A stretch of 64,000 bases of DNA from Phoronis australis (lineage: Eukaryota; Animalia; Phoronida), in the NCBI GenBank assembly GCA_002633005.1, contig NMRA01000069.1:282203-346202 (forward strand), read 5' to 3'. Positions 40,341 through 54,102 of this stretch are shown here, one piece after another. The notes beneath the pieces were generated by a model, which ran no database searches, was not told the DNA's origin, and saw only the letters and a list, made by a program, of their open reading frames with translations. A program made the position numbers and the translations under genes. Within the stretch, counting starts at the first letter, position 1, and each line of letters opens with the position of its first letter.

Positions 40341-42987
40341 CGTTGCATGTCACCATGTTCTCAACACTCAATCGGCCCGTTTTGTAGGTTAAAATACTTT
40401 CTATGTCATTTTTCAAATTGCTTTTATTGATTTTTGCAAATTTGGATATCTAAATTTGCAGAAAAGAAAATACGGTTGTCTGAAACAGGTGGGAGTGGAC
40501 TGCGTTTGGTTAAAATGATTTGTTCTTTGGATACTGCCTCACTTTAGGTCCATGTTCCAAGTTTAATGGAAATAAACTGAGTACTGTTGCCTCCTAGTCT
40601 TTGTGGAGTAGTCCCTTGGTACTAGCATATACTGGTTTATGACTAGTTGCCACTACGTTGAACCTCTGGATCCCAGTTTATTTGTATTGTTGAATGATTC
40701 AATTCTTCATAATCTCGAAAATTCAATACATTCGAAGACTAGTAAACATCTTGTGCGTGGTCATAGTTCTGACAGAGCGGTTTAATACTTGCTGTTCAAG
40801 CAAGAAGGGTATGGTCTGACGATAAAGTTTCAAAAAGTTCCCAAAGTCCTACATTGGGGGGTCACGTTTTTAGGTGGCTACTGGAGGGAGCGCAAATTTT
40901 GTTGGTGAAAGATGCTTTGATTTGGGTAACTGTTTCCAAACCCCAAAGTGTGCCTCTATTCAAAATCGGGTCAATGGCTCACTGGAGCTGTGAATATGTA
41001 TGGTTGTAATTGGTGTGTTCTTGGGTGGGAGGGCACCAAAGTGGATGATTGACAGCTGACACATTAATCCGTATTGCAAATTAGTTTTCAGAGAAATTAA
41101 TTCTAGAAGCAATTGCATCCGATCGTTGTTTAATTCTATCACCCAAACATGGTACATGGTCCTCAAAGTGGTTATGCCTGTTTAAATTTTTTATTTGTTT
41201 TTTTTTTCTTCTGAAATCTGCATTTCCCCTTGTTTGCCTGGCTAAAATAACAAAAATCGTCCTTTTACTCTCATGATGTCAGTCTGAATATTCCTTATCG
41301 TCGTAGGATACCATTTCCATTACCAGTTCAAGTTACAGTCAGTGCTTACTTATTTAGTACATTCGGCATTTTCAAATTCGTAATTTTAGGGTTCACCAAC
41401 CCCAATAAACTCTTGATGGTCTCAATGAGAGTGACAGGGATCATTTGATTTTCGCTTTTAGTCAGCTAAATGAGGCAAATGCACCTTCAGTTGTCTTTAT
41501 ATACGTGCATTTTCTTTATCTATTCACTAGACATAGCGTATTTAATGACATGTCATCATATTGATTTGCATCGTTACGTAATGGACCTTGGTTGTAGACA
41601 CAGCTCTTTATTAGAATTAGATTGCATGGTTTATTGTGTCTTCGCTCATTTAGTTTATGACTGACTACCCCTTGCAACCAGCAAAAAGACACGACTGAAC
41701 TTCAAAATGTGTGGACCGCGAGTACAGTTTTAATTTGAAGCGGTCTGGTCATGGGTTTTACTTGTAGTGGTCAGTCATTTAATCGTGGATTAAATCTGGC
41801 ACTGTGCTCCTTATTCAATGTGGCATTGCCTATTCCTTGTTCGTGTCGAGCCCATCACTCTTGTGTTTTGTAGAAATCAGAATGACATGAGTAGCACCCT
41901 GCTGTGTGTTTTGCTCCATGCATCTCAACAATTTCTGATGAGTAGAAGGAAACCACCATGATAACCCTCTCATGTTGGCACATTCCCCAGTTGGTTTTTC
42001 ACTTGACTGGCAAAATTCCACTCTACAGTTGTTGTAATTTGCACCCACGGCTCTTTCGACTAAACGGATTTCACGTTGCCCGGATAAAATTTCTCTGTCC
42101 GGTTGAATTCGACTTGTACTAGTTTCACTGTATCTGTTTTTCAAACTCAGCTGAAGATTTTTAAATATGGCTTTGAGCCTCATTTAAAAACCTCATGGGA
42201 ATATCTCATTAATGAAAGGATCTAGAGGCCACTGTAGTCTGAGGGTGAACACAGCTTATGGACTGCGGTGCTTATTTCCCAGCAGTGGAAGAATTCCATG
42301 ATGTTAAACTGTCATGAGACACTTGTCGCTTGGAATCCTGATTTGTTGGAATGCAAAAGATTTTGTTTTCTGTCATAGTTCAAGTTTCTGGCTTGACTTT
42401 TACGTCAGTTCTGAGATGTTCATTTTGCACATGTATATCTGTGAAGTTGAAACACTTGATGCGTATGAACTCGTCTCTCATCACCAAGAACAACTTTTGA
42501 TTTAGACTGCTTACTGTTATGAAATTGGCCCCAATCTGTTCCTTAGTAGTCAAATCTTTTGAGGACTTCTGAAAAACTGGCCATTCAGTATTCCGTAAAT
42601 CCAACTTTACAAGTTTTACATTCCATGGCATGTGATTTTATTTGCCCGGCATCGTCTCAACAAATAACGAACTCGCAATTCTCCTCTCTGTTTAGACGAT
42701 TACACAGCTTTATGGTCACTTTAAATGTGGTCTTACGTGATGACTTTCTAAAACCACTTGGAGGTGGTGGCGTGTTACACATAATCGAACTCGTTCTTCT
42801 AAGAACGCAGGAACACCTGACGATGGCCAGAGAATAGACCGACCGAAACGTCGTGACAATGTAAATAGACAGGAGGTTGGTGTGAATAGACCAAGAGATT
42901 GTAATAATAGTCTTACATGATCTTGCCGAGCTGGCAAGCCTCAGTGAATGTCCTGCATTCCCTGATGTCGTCTACTTTTCATTTCAG

Positions 42988-43077
42988 TTCACCAAGTGGG
43001 GCATCTTTCTGGGTGCATCAGTGGCACTTCTTCTGTCTGTCGGCGTGGCAGCATACAAGTATCGTCTGTGGCCGTGA
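42988..43077 (+). CDS. FKBP8: FKBP8 coding exon 11 (tail-anchor transmembrane segment)
   Basis: tttcag|FTKWGIFLGASVALLLSVGVAAYKYRLWP*; hydrophobic helix flanked by basic residues; phase 0 matches exon 10; AATAAA downstream near 44700. Confidence 0.88.
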   Translation, partial: FTKWGIFLGASVALLLSVGVAAYKYRLWP

Positions 43078-46049
43078 GGTCATCAACGACAGATTTTTGG
43101 ATGGTGATTATATTTTTCACCATAAAAATTCAATTGGTCATTACTACAAGAACTTCACTTCAACAAATCAGATCATAGTGTGGGATTTCTGGAGTGGATT
43201 ATATGACTCTAGTCAGTCTTGAAAAACACGGAGCAAGATATCTTGGCTTAGGCAACAGAAATGGTGGACATTGTAGGAATTTATGTATCATTTCTCTCAT
43301 AGGTCAAAAGTCCCAAGGAACCGTCCAGTCAATTTAGTGGCAGCAGGTTTGTGGGTGTAAACTGTGAAGTTAGTGAGCTCTTGGGATTTGTGAGTGGTCT
43401 ATACAAAACTGTCACGGCATAAGCCTTATTGAACGTATAGCTGATTTAGATGCCAGAAAGATTTCATTTTGAACAGTCACAAATTCGAATAATTTCAGAA
43501 AGTAGGTAGGTTGTGTCAAAGGTGAACGTTGATCTCATCACTCAATCACTCTTGGTGTACGGTTGTCGACCAAAACAAGTTGATACACATGTGGCGGAGT
43601 GCTTATTTTCAAATTGTAAGGACTGTATTATCTTGTTGAGTCTTGTATTACAAGCAGTACTTATGAAGGCAGACTGAGTGTTCTCACCAGGTTTTAAGTT
43701 GAGCGTGTCAGGTGGAATGATGGAATGTTGTCAGTCACAATGTTCAGTTAAGTACTGAAGGTACACCACTGTGTTGTGAAATTTGTTAAGTATAATATTT
43801 CATGCTTTTGATGTACACAGGAGACGTTGGTTGTCATGGTGAAATTTTTTCTAGTATGAGATTGTCACATCGTAATGAACATCCTAACAATGATACTAGA
43901 GTCATTGGCTTTCAATATTTGAACGTTTGGAGTGTTGCCAAGATTGGTGCTATTCAAAACTTCTAAATATCTGGAAATTCCCACTATTACAGCGAGGAGG
44001 CATTGTTATAAATTAAAGTTTTCATGTTGGACACAGTCCATCAAGATAGTGCACGTTTCGTGTTGAATCGGTTGCCATGTTGTTGACCACATTTGGACAA
44101 TGTCCAGACGTTATACCTTAACCACATATGTGGATTAAGTGCTGATTTTTTATTTGAACATTGAAGTTTTCTGATTCAGTAGTCTGCTCAACTTGTAAAT
44201 GATTGTCTTCGTAATCAAAATGCTTGTTCCCCCATTCTGTTGTTCTAGCTAGTTTTGCTATTGGTTTAACCTGCTGTGATCTCTCTTGGTGGTCCTAGTT
44301 AGTTTCAGACAGCCAAAAAGTTCTCTTCGATCCATTTTCAGTACGTCTGCGCAATATTTTGAACTGCGTTTGCATTGGTTCAGTGTATTGTTGTCTCTAC
44401 ACCCCAAGTCAATTTTGTAAATTGCCCCATCTCCTGTCCTCACTCTTTAAGAGTTTGCCCATCTCCCTTCACTCTCTCTTTAAGAGGGAGACCACCATTA
44501 TAACTTGTTGCACAGTATTATAACTGTGATTTCATGACCTGTATGTGTGTATTGTTGTCAATAACTATGATGATAAAGCCCATCTTGTTGACTTTTAGAT
44601 TTACAAGTTTTAAAGATGATACTTAAAAATTCGTTAAGAAATAATTGTCCTGTTAAAAGCATCATTCTAATATCCATAACTTACTTAAAACCAAAATTCA
44701 ATAAAACTAACATTCAGATTTTTACTTATTAAAGGTCGTGTTGGACCCTAGAAAAACGTCTAAATTTGGCTAACTTCAAAACATCGTATCTCAGATAACT
44801 CAGCAGTTTTCCAAAATGCTGTTTGGAATTTTTAATGGTCCACTAGGAGCTACTAAAAATAGCACTGATAAATTTCATGAAAAAAACTCGAGTTGCATAA
44901 AACTATTAAGCAAAATCATATTTTAGAGAACTGTAATTATGGAGATCTTGTCTTGAACTGTTACATTAAATAAAATTTGATCACGCTATGCCTACTGTTG
45001 TTTTGCTATCAACGTATCTTTTTTAAACCTTACTTAAAAATACATGGTCACGTGACCCACTTAACAACTGATTGGATAAGAGTCAAAAATAGTTATTCAG
45101 GCTTTCTTCTTTCAGAAACTATATTACTTTCACCAAGTTAAAATACATTACTTTCACCAAGTTAAAATATATTGTGTCATACATATTTGACTAAATCCGC
45201 AGACCTATGTCAATAAGTTCGTACATAACACAAACAAGGACTTCTGGGATACTTTGGTTCTACTTACTTCACCCTTTATGTGCTGCAAAGTTTTTTTAAA
45301 TTTAGAAAACAATATGCCGGAACAGAAAAAAATTGTCAGCAAAAAGGCAATTTTACTTTCAGTGACTGTTTGAAAAATTTATTAAGTACAGCTGTCGGCA
45401 ACAAACACGTGATGAAATTTTGAACATTTTTAGCAAACAGCGAGCATTTGAAAAATGAAAAAATAAACTCGATTTGTCTGTGAGATGAGACAATCTAGAA
45501 TAATTTACAATTAAAATATAGATTCATCTGTAACACAACGCATGTCACAAAGACCAACGCAGAGTGTTGATATGCGCCCACTGTGTTCATCATGTATTGC
45601 AGATAGGCCTACAAGGGATGATTACTAACATTCCCACTAAAGGGGGCACTGCTATTAGACAAAAAATAGCCTCTAAGAGGTGCATAGCAAATCAGAAAAG
45701 CTCTCAATAGGTACACACCTGCCAAGATCGTAAAAAATAAGACTGGTAATAGGGGGTACAGCGGTAGACCCAGCTGTAAACCATGGGTGTCCACACAAAA
45801 TAGGCCTGAATTTGACATGCAAGACCAGTGAAAGCAGTTCTTTGTGAGCACTACTCCTTGGTCATGCACCATTCCCAGTTGGTCTGTGTAGCTAAACGCA
45901 GCTACAAAAAGGGTTTACGGTCCTGGCTGAGAAGAGGATTGTTTTATTACTCCCTATGTATAGCTGGGTAGCCTAGCCCTGGATGGAGTGCGAAAGAAGT
46001 AGGACTGCCAAGATGAGGCACCACAAAACCTAAAAACTCGTCATCGTCA

Positions 46050-46680
46050 GCCATGCTCTTCCCAGTAAGAATACATATGCCCATTTTCATGCTTCTTTAC
46101 GTGGTTTGGGCAACATAGATGTGGATGTCAAAAAAAAAACGATTCAAAAATAACAAAAATGGCCACTGGCAGGTGTACTATGTCAAATCTATCTGAAAAA
46201 GAGAAGCTGCCATCACCTCTTATTAGAAACCTTTTTGGCAAATTTCATAAAGATCCGTCAAGGAACTTCAAAGATACAGAAGAAAACGAGAAGAAAAAAA
46301 TAAAATTGCCACTAGGGGTCTCAGCAGTATACCATTGTAATCATCCATTGTTAATTTCTTACAAATACACCTGCCAAATTTAACTAAGATCATGCAGAGG
46401 GTTTAAGAGATACTGCCATAATAATCTTTAAGATAGGTTAAGTTGAAGACAGCTGGGAAGACAACAAAAAAGACTCAAAAGCAGTAAAAATTGCCACCAC
46501 AAGGCGCAAAATACCTTGGATCCAACCGAAATTGGGAAGGTGCTGACATCTCTCTAATAGATACCTATTTGCCAAATTTTATGAATCAAAGTCCATTAAA
46601 GGATTCCGAAGATACAGAGGTAAGCATAAAACACACTAAAGAGCACAACGGCGCCCTCATATAAAATATGCGGGCGCAAC
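46050..46680 (+). mobile_element. HINE-like element, same family as 12486-12935
   Basis: Subrepeats with gccaaattt and gccactag; terminal hairpin gcgccctcatat-aaa-atatgcgggcgc. Confidence 0.6.
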
Positions 46681-47040
46681 ACACTTTTCAGTTACTAATA
46701 AGATTACTCAAGAATTTTTGACAAGCAAATATATTTAGCACCTGTTTCACTAAAATTCCGCAACATCTTGATGTTTTTTTCTATATGGAGTCCAAAGAGA
46801 GATTCAGACCAGACATGGCATGTCTCTGCTCAGATTATAGAAAATAAGGTGTAAAGCTATGACATTTTAGTGAAATAGGCTCCTGTAGACTTATTCAAGC
46901 TGACTGAGCAATGATTAATAAGGAAGCAGCCACATAGAAGAATTAATAAAAACATTATACTCAATTATTTGATGAAATGTTAAAAAATATCCAGCATAAG
47001 CAAAACTCTGGAATGCTAGTTCGAAATTATTAATAATGGG

Positions 47041-47196
47041 CAGTGGTGTAGTGGTAAAATTAGAGGTAAGTAGGCGCCCAAAGCCCACCACGTCACCTTG
47101 AGCACTGAACGTAACTTACGGTGCATTGGTACCACGTTTAAATGCCAAAAGGTGGTTGGCTGCGCCCACATGCGCCTACGCCCCACTACAGAACTG
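47041..47196. mobile_element. Short hAT-like MITE
   Basis: cagtggtgtagtgg...ccactacagaactg imperfect TIRs, internal taggcgc/gcgccta. Confidence 0.5.
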
Positions 47197-49569
47197 CTAA
47201 CACGAAACATACTTTGGAAACGTAGGGGACAAAGTCCGAACACATCAAACACAGTTGAATCAGTAAAAACAGAGCTCTCAAACTAAGCTGAACAGAAGTA
47301 TGCTAAAACAACACATTACAAGCCAAAATTAATCAGCAATGAAATGGACCGCATTGTTGTCAAACTTAAGTACGAGATAAATTTGACGTTGCTATTTCTG
47401 TGCCTGAAGCAGGTGGATCACTAAATAGGCAGCCATAAAGTATCAGAGACTTTGATGAAATTAAGTCAGTACTAAAAGCCCATTTTTGTACAAAACTGAC
47501 ATTTGGCCATGTTTCCATGTGTTCAAACTTTGTCCAAGTTTGACGTCCAGTTGATTTTGAAAACTGCTATTATATTATATTAAACACCATGTAATGAAAT
47601 TTCAACCATTACCACACATCACTCCCAATACTGAGCCCTCTTGCACAATGCTCCAGTCTTTATGTATTAATATAGATACGCGTAACATGTAACGTATTCA
47701 GTGCAAACCACACCTCCCTGAGGGCCCAGAAAGAAACACATAATACAGTATATACACCACCAAAGAAATCTAAATCATTCACACAATCTAAACAAAAGAG
47801 AACTTTGGATAAATAACAGTCCTGAAAAAGAATCCAGTGCAATAAATCCTCTAAAGTTATAGCAATACTTTTTCTTTAACTGTACCTTAGGTATATAAGC
47901 TGTACTTTTTATTGACAGGCACTTAAACCTAAATATTCATTACATTTACATTGCGTCCTCAGAGTCCGGATTCCCATACCAAATGACGTCGTACAGAGGT
48001 CGCAACCTATTTTTTAACTTGCAAGATCCATACGACGGGCCTAAGCACATCGCATGGTTATCGCCTATGGGACACTACCATTGTTTTGCTTTGTTGCGTC
48101 TGATATTACAATACAGGTCGCACGGATATCCTACCACGGGTGCACATCAGCCGGTTACCAACAAAAGCTTGCCATTAACTTGACAATACGAAAGAAACAC
48201 AAAGTAAACAATGGCAACGCCTCTCTACCGATATCTATGTGACGAGCTTGCGACCCAGTTTCCCATGGGATACTAAAAACTTTGTTAAAGTACAGTACCT
48301 TATAAACTACCAGACTGATACTTCTTTAACTGTTGTGCCTTCCAGTTTATAAGTGATATGTCAACACGGTCAACACTCAGATGATACACCGGGTTATTCA
48401 ATGCTTAGTTATGAGCACAAGCATTTGAATCTAGTTGTTTATTACATTTACATGGTCAGAATTGAGTGCCTGTGTCCCCACTGTCCAACTTACTATTCAC
48501 ATAACACAACTTTGTTAAGAATGGTCCCACAAATTCCTCTCAATGTATTCTCCGCACGGTGTTTTACCAGTTCAACACAGATGTGAAGTAATACCTGTGG
48601 TTTGACCATGGTCAGTAATACCCTTTCATTCTCATGAAGTGCATTTAAGAAAGATCAACCAAGACGTTCGGTAAAAAGTGATGGGGCTACTACAGAAATT
48701 GTACTGCCACCCACAGCGCCCTCATTCAGCCATGAGCAACAACAATTAGGATACACTCTCTATTACTTCAACCATCTGAGTAGATATGGTTCTTTTTTGC
48801 ATGCCCCAGCTCAATACCACATAAGTCTGAGAATGGATACCCTGTAGAAAATAGCCATTCTTTCAAGAACACCGTTTCTGCCCGCCAGTACAACTGAATA
48901 CATCCCAATCATTTGGCACCCACCTCCTAATTAGCAAGGCATGCTGGGAAGGGCAGAGTGACTTGAAAACTGCTAATAACAACACAACTGCTCTACATGT
49001 TCTGTACTGTTCAACTCTCCCCAGCTCAAAAGTCTTGTAAATCAAGCTCAGGCTCAATTCATTGCTAATTGAACCATATTCCTTGGTATTTCATCAACTG
49101 AGAGAACTGTCTTCCCCAATCAGTTCCATATTAAGCACATTGTATTTTCTCTCAACAATTCTTTAAAAAATTCTATGATTGCTGACGGCTGGCTGCACAT
49201 CCTAGTGTTGCTTCGATATCCGAATTATTCGCACACATAATTCCTCATTCCTAATGTGACATATTGTGCTTTTCGCATGCTTTTATCATTTTACTCCTGT
49301 CCGTAACAACAAACAAATCTACATTCAAAGATCCGAAATTAATACGTTGAAGTCGACTGTTGTTTAAGTCTATAAACGACCAGCTGCTTAATGGGCAAGT
49401 CCACATTCCGTGGCTCCATTTGGTAAGCTGAAGCGCAGTGACTGTACTTAATACATCAGATTGTTACCAAAACATGTTCTCCCTCTATGGAAATAATTAA
49501 AATAGCTGGGACATTATCCATCAACAGCTCATGGGCAATACCAAGTCTCTCATTAACACATTAAGCGCA

Positions 49570-49764
49570 TTAACTTGTAACATGTGCTTGAACGCCCTCT
49601 GCAGGCTGTTGCTTCCTCACATACTGCACTGTAGAGTCTTCGTCCAGCTGCGAATCAGGTCTTGTCACATAACTTCTGTTAGAGTCGCCAACCATCAGGC
49701 TTATGTTCCCAGAATTGTAAATGTGAATCTGCTGAGGCTGGTTAGACACGCAGATATTGCTGCT
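49570..49764 (-). CDS. TICAM/TRIF-like adaptor, last coding exon containing a RHIM-like motif
   Basis: ttctacag|SSNICVSNQPQQIHIYNSGNISLMVGDSNRSYVTRPDSQLDEDSTVQYVRKQQPAEGVQAHVTS*; phase 0 matches the previous exon; TAA at 49572-49570; not listed in the ORF track. Confidence 0.78.
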   Translation of the reverse strand, partial: SSNICVSNQPQQIHIYNSGNISLMVGDSNRSYVTRPDSQLDEDSTVQYVRKQQPAEGVQAHVTS

Positions 49765-50060
49765 CTGTAGAAATAATATGCAACAATATATAATTATTTA
49801 CCATGCAACAAGGTGGGGAAGAGAAATGTTTTGTTAAGCCTTCATTCTTGGCACAGTTTCTACTTGACAGCTGACGTGAAGAACACTTATTTGGTAAAAA
49901 ATTCAGTCCTTATAGCCAAAACACTCATTTCGTATGAAAATAACGAAGGCATTTAACATTAAGTACAATAGCTGTTTAAAGAACATCTTCCCATTTTATT
50001 TATTTATGTATATCAATTTGTGGTACTGAGGATGTTATTGACAGAAATAGAATAAACAAC

Positions 50061-50170
50061 CTTTTCAGGGTCCATCGATTCAGTGACTGGGAAGGAAGTT
50101 TTTAGCCCAGTTTGCTCGACTGGCTGTTGAACATTTTGGGCTCTTGGTCTCCCACTTCCTTCATCACCAC
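50061..50170 (-). CDS. TICAM/TRIF-like adaptor, coding exon 5 (low-complexity linker)
   Basis: tttctag|GDEGSGRPRAQNVQQPVEQTGLKTSFPVTESMDPEK|gttgtt; phase 1 to 0. Confidence 0.7.
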
Positions 50171-50829
50171 CTAGAAATACAGATTGTGCAAACAAAAACA
50201 AAATGTGAAATGAGATGTCATGGACTGTCTGCTGTTCAGTCAAGCAGTGAAATTACCATTAAAAAAAATAAAAGTATTGCAGATGGTCAGGTACACTTTG
50301 TACCAGATGTGTGCAGGCCGCTCTAGGGGGCCCAATGCACTGACCACCTGGAACTATTTTTATGCTTACCATCACCAGAGATCCGAACTTGGAATGATCC
50401 ATTACAAAGAGAAGAAAATTTTCCTGGTAGCGCGTACTTCTACAAAATAGGCTTATGTGATAGAAATATTTTTGTGTTGCAAAATTTAACTGCAAGAAAT
50501 ATTTTTGCATGAATAAAGGCAAAATAATTATAAAAAGATGAAAAAGAGGAAACTGGAAATCAACTAAGAGGAAACTGAAACCAAAAAACAAGAAATTCTC
50601 TTAAAAAAGGAAAATTCCAAGCCCTGAGAGATGGTAACAGATGGGACATCACATGAATAATAAAATAAGTACCATCTAAGAAGCAAACTATTGACTTAGG
50701 TCACTAGGTATGGATAATACAATTGGTAAAAAATTGCTCCTCACTCAGATGAAAAGTGGGTTTGCAAACAACTGACTGTTCATCATACCTTGAGAACACG
50801 CTCGGCATACAAAGTGACACGCTGTGATA

Positions 50830-51020
50830 ATTGACCTATCGCAAGCTCNNNNNNNNNNNNNNNNNNNNNNNNNCTTGCGAGGTCGACAAACAATAAGTTT
50901 TATCCGGCAATGCGTTGTTGGTCAGGTAAAATGGCGGCATGGATATGAAAGTGCGTCAAGAATGTTGCGTTCTGATTGGTCAATTAAGCGGTCACTCGTG
51001 ATCCTGGCGATAGGTCAATT
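50830..51020. mobile_element. ~190-bp MITE containing the N gap; inverted copy at ~62810-62995
   Basis: TIRs attgacctatcgc / gcgataggtcaat; shared internal gtcaagaatg.tgcgttctgattggtca. Confidence 0.7.
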
Positions 51021-52014
51021 AGTCAAAAAGAAGAGCCTGATCACAGGAAATAACGAAATGCCAGTTCCTTGAAAACTCTGAAATCACCACTATTAAGTTG
51101 ATTAAAGAACAATTTGAAACTAATTTCATAACTGTAATTGTTTTAAATCAAAAGGTGTTTTGGTGATGGAATTCTGAGCTCAATTCCATAAAAGTTATAA
51201 TCCGTACACCAACAATGATGTCGCATCATCACGCGTCACGTTGTTTTTGTTGAACAATGAACCCGAGGTCATGCAACAATCACACTTTATCCAGCGGATA
51301 ACTTTGAAGTTTTATGCAACCCAGCCCTGGTTTGCAGCCACCTTAAAGTTACATAGGACCTAATCATCAAGTCTGTATGTTTCTAAAAATTTGATTTTTG
51401 AGTATATACCAATCTTCCACTAGATGAGTTGTGTGACCTTGATTTTACGAAAATATACCAAAAAGAAAAGTACATTACACAACAAAACGACATTATCGCT
51501 AACATGCCTGATGAAATTTCGTATGAATGTTCAAGATTAAGTCTCAAAAAAGCTCTAGTTTTCTAAATTATTGTTTCGTTTTCGTTTTAGTTTTATGCAA
51601 CTTTGAAATTTTTTCATAAAAATCACGTAAGTCCTATTTTTGATAGCCCCTCGTGCAAAAGTGGAACATTTTAAAAACAGTTCCTAACAGCGTATTGAAG
51701 AACAATCATGTATAAAGCGTAGTATCTGTAGCTCTCATGTCAACACGACCAGCGATTTCTGAGATAGGATGTTCCAAAGTTGGCCAAAATTGGACATTTC
51801 CCCCATCCTCCATAACCACAGTAAGGAGCAAGAAATGAAATATTTTCTAACTTTTTATGTAGGCTGGACCATAACACCTTTAAATTTGCACCACAACTTT
51901 ATAATATTGGAATGGAATCCAGCCATCAAGCACAACACGCAGGTACAGTAGGTAAACAAGATCAACAACGCACCCACATAGATCTAAAACCCAATATCAA
52001 GGGGGAATAAAAAT

Positions 52015-52510
52015 TGGTCAGACATCAAAACCATTTGCCTGGACTTCAAACCCAGTCAGCTGGACTGCAGAACCAAAGGGCCGGTGGTCAAACAGGTTGT
52101 CCAGACTTCAAAACGCAATGACCTCACCCACAAATAACTAGTTGGCTGGACCCAAAACACGATGGCCAGTGCTATAACCAGGTGGCCGGCGATCAAACAT
52201 GATGGCCAGACTTTCTAACAGACACGCTTTGAACGTTTCGAAGGATTCACGTGACATCTAGTGTATATTTTTTGCACCTGTTTGTTTCTTTTAATAAAAA
52301 TCAGCGATTTGTTCCACCATTGTGTTTGAGCACAGGCCAATCCCTTCTAGGTCTGGCCAATCAGATTTTTGGGTGCAGCCATCTGGTTTTGAGGTACCAG
52401 CCAACCTGTTTTGAGGTCCGAACACCAAGTTAGTACACAGGCCATTAGGTTTTGAAATCCACCCAGCTGGTTTTGAAGTCTGGGCAAGTAGTTTTGAAGT
52501 CCAACCAATT
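52015..52510. repeat. Foldback-like element with inverted arrays of ~22-bp subrepeats
   Basis: Left units (t/c)ggacttcaaa.c, right units ggttttga(a/g)gtcc. Confidence 0.6.
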
Positions 52511-53973
52511 GCTGATTCCGGCCCATGAAGAGTCCAGGTGTAATACGTTCACTGTTTCACCACAAGATAGTATATATCGTGCCACATACCTCTCGGCGAT
52601 GTGGAGTCCTTTTGTGACGTCTTTGTCCTTTGGCCACTATCTAAATTCAAAATCAATCTATTTTAAGCAAAATTAAAACAGTCACATGTCTTGTATCTTT
52701 AGACATAGTCTGAACTAAATTTTTTGAATATGTGCGACATTTTTTCCGACCCAAGCATCAACTTCTTTAACGGAGCATTTCATTCTGTTCATCTGACTAA
52801 TAAAGGAAAATCACAATATGCTCTATCAAGATAGCATTCTATTAATAAGAATATCAAGACCAAGCCCAAAATTGCAAATTCGAAAATGACAAACATACAC
52901 ATTGCCTGTGACTAAATCTGGTAAAAGAAACAGAACCCTATCAAGGTAAGGAACATTATGATACCAATGTTATATCAGTATAATACCTAACTTCGATTTT
53001 CATTTTAGCCAGCAAAATGCAGCTTTAATTCATGCAGTATACAACAGGAAGCTCGTTTCTTCAATGAAAGGGTAATAATAACAATAGTAATAACTGAAAT
53101 GAACAATAATGTTACAAATAATGTGTGGTCGACTTAGTTTGTGCGATTTTCAATCCATCAGACATTGATGCCAAACTTTACGATTCAAAAATTGTGGAAA
53201 ACACTCACTAGAAATTTGCTCCCAAAGTTGCAATGTCAAGGGCTTCATCTATTGTGTGAACATACCCAGAGAAAAGTTTTGAGTGTTTCTTCCAGAAATG
53301 TTTAACTATAATAATTTTTCGCTTCACATACTTCACAGGGACAAATGGTGATGTGCGCCACCATTCAGGAATTCTTAAGTCCATGCAATACATCTAAGTT
53401 ATGACTTTAGCTTAACGTCCAATCACTGATTTTTGAAGTTCCCAGTTTGAATGCTTTGGGCCACGGCAGTCTAATCTTTTTATACCAGATCGAACACAAA
53501 TTATTGTTGTCATTTTCTATGTTCGTGCAAACTCAAGAGAAGAGTCAATTATTTTATGCCTGAGTACATAACGGCTGAAATGCATAACTTTCTAGTCCTA
53601 GTTTGCACTAAATGACCCCATCATTGAGGCTAAAAATTCAAGTCTGAACTCGAAATTTCAAATTATTACCAAGCCTGGGTGTTGTCATATCTTGAATTTG
53701 GCCATTTGTGTGTCTTGCTATGTACACACTAAAATTATTTAAAGATACCCTTCGCGCTAGTCTTTCTTTTCTGAACAAAAACGAATCCCTGAACCGAAAA
53801 ACCAAAGCTGAATATTCTTAATCGTTTCAGCACAACCGCGAACATGCCTTAAGTCTGTAATGACCATGTGCTCAGACATATTGTGAAGCTGTTATATGTT
53901 AGAATCAACATGCCATAATCCCCCAGACTATCGCAGGAGGGTGGTGTGTAGCAAACAAGGTATCGCCACATAC

Positions 53974-54102
53974 CCGGGTGATCACTACCATCGGCTGCTC
54001 CTCGTGGGTCCATATCAGCAAGAGGTGGACCAGTGTGGCCATGCGTGTCTGCTGCGTCTTCTTCAAGGTCCGCACTGGCACCCAGCATCGACTGCCTACT
54101 TG
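53974..54102 (-). CDS. TICAM/TRIF-like adaptor, coding exon 4
   Basis: ttattacag|ASRQSMLGASADLEEDAADTHGHTGPPLADMDPRGAADGSDHPG|gtatgt; 129 nt, phase 1 to 1; GC-rich relative to flanks. Confidence 0.75.

Noticed and set aside
27357-43077. U12-type introns in FKBP8, considered because SNRNP35 is adjacent
   Set aside because: All predicted donors are ordinary U2-type GT sites; none shows the RTATCCTT consensus
52015-52510. Short regularly spaced repeats superficially CRISPR-like
   Set aside because: Eukaryotic context, degenerate inverted subrepeats without unique spacers or cas genes
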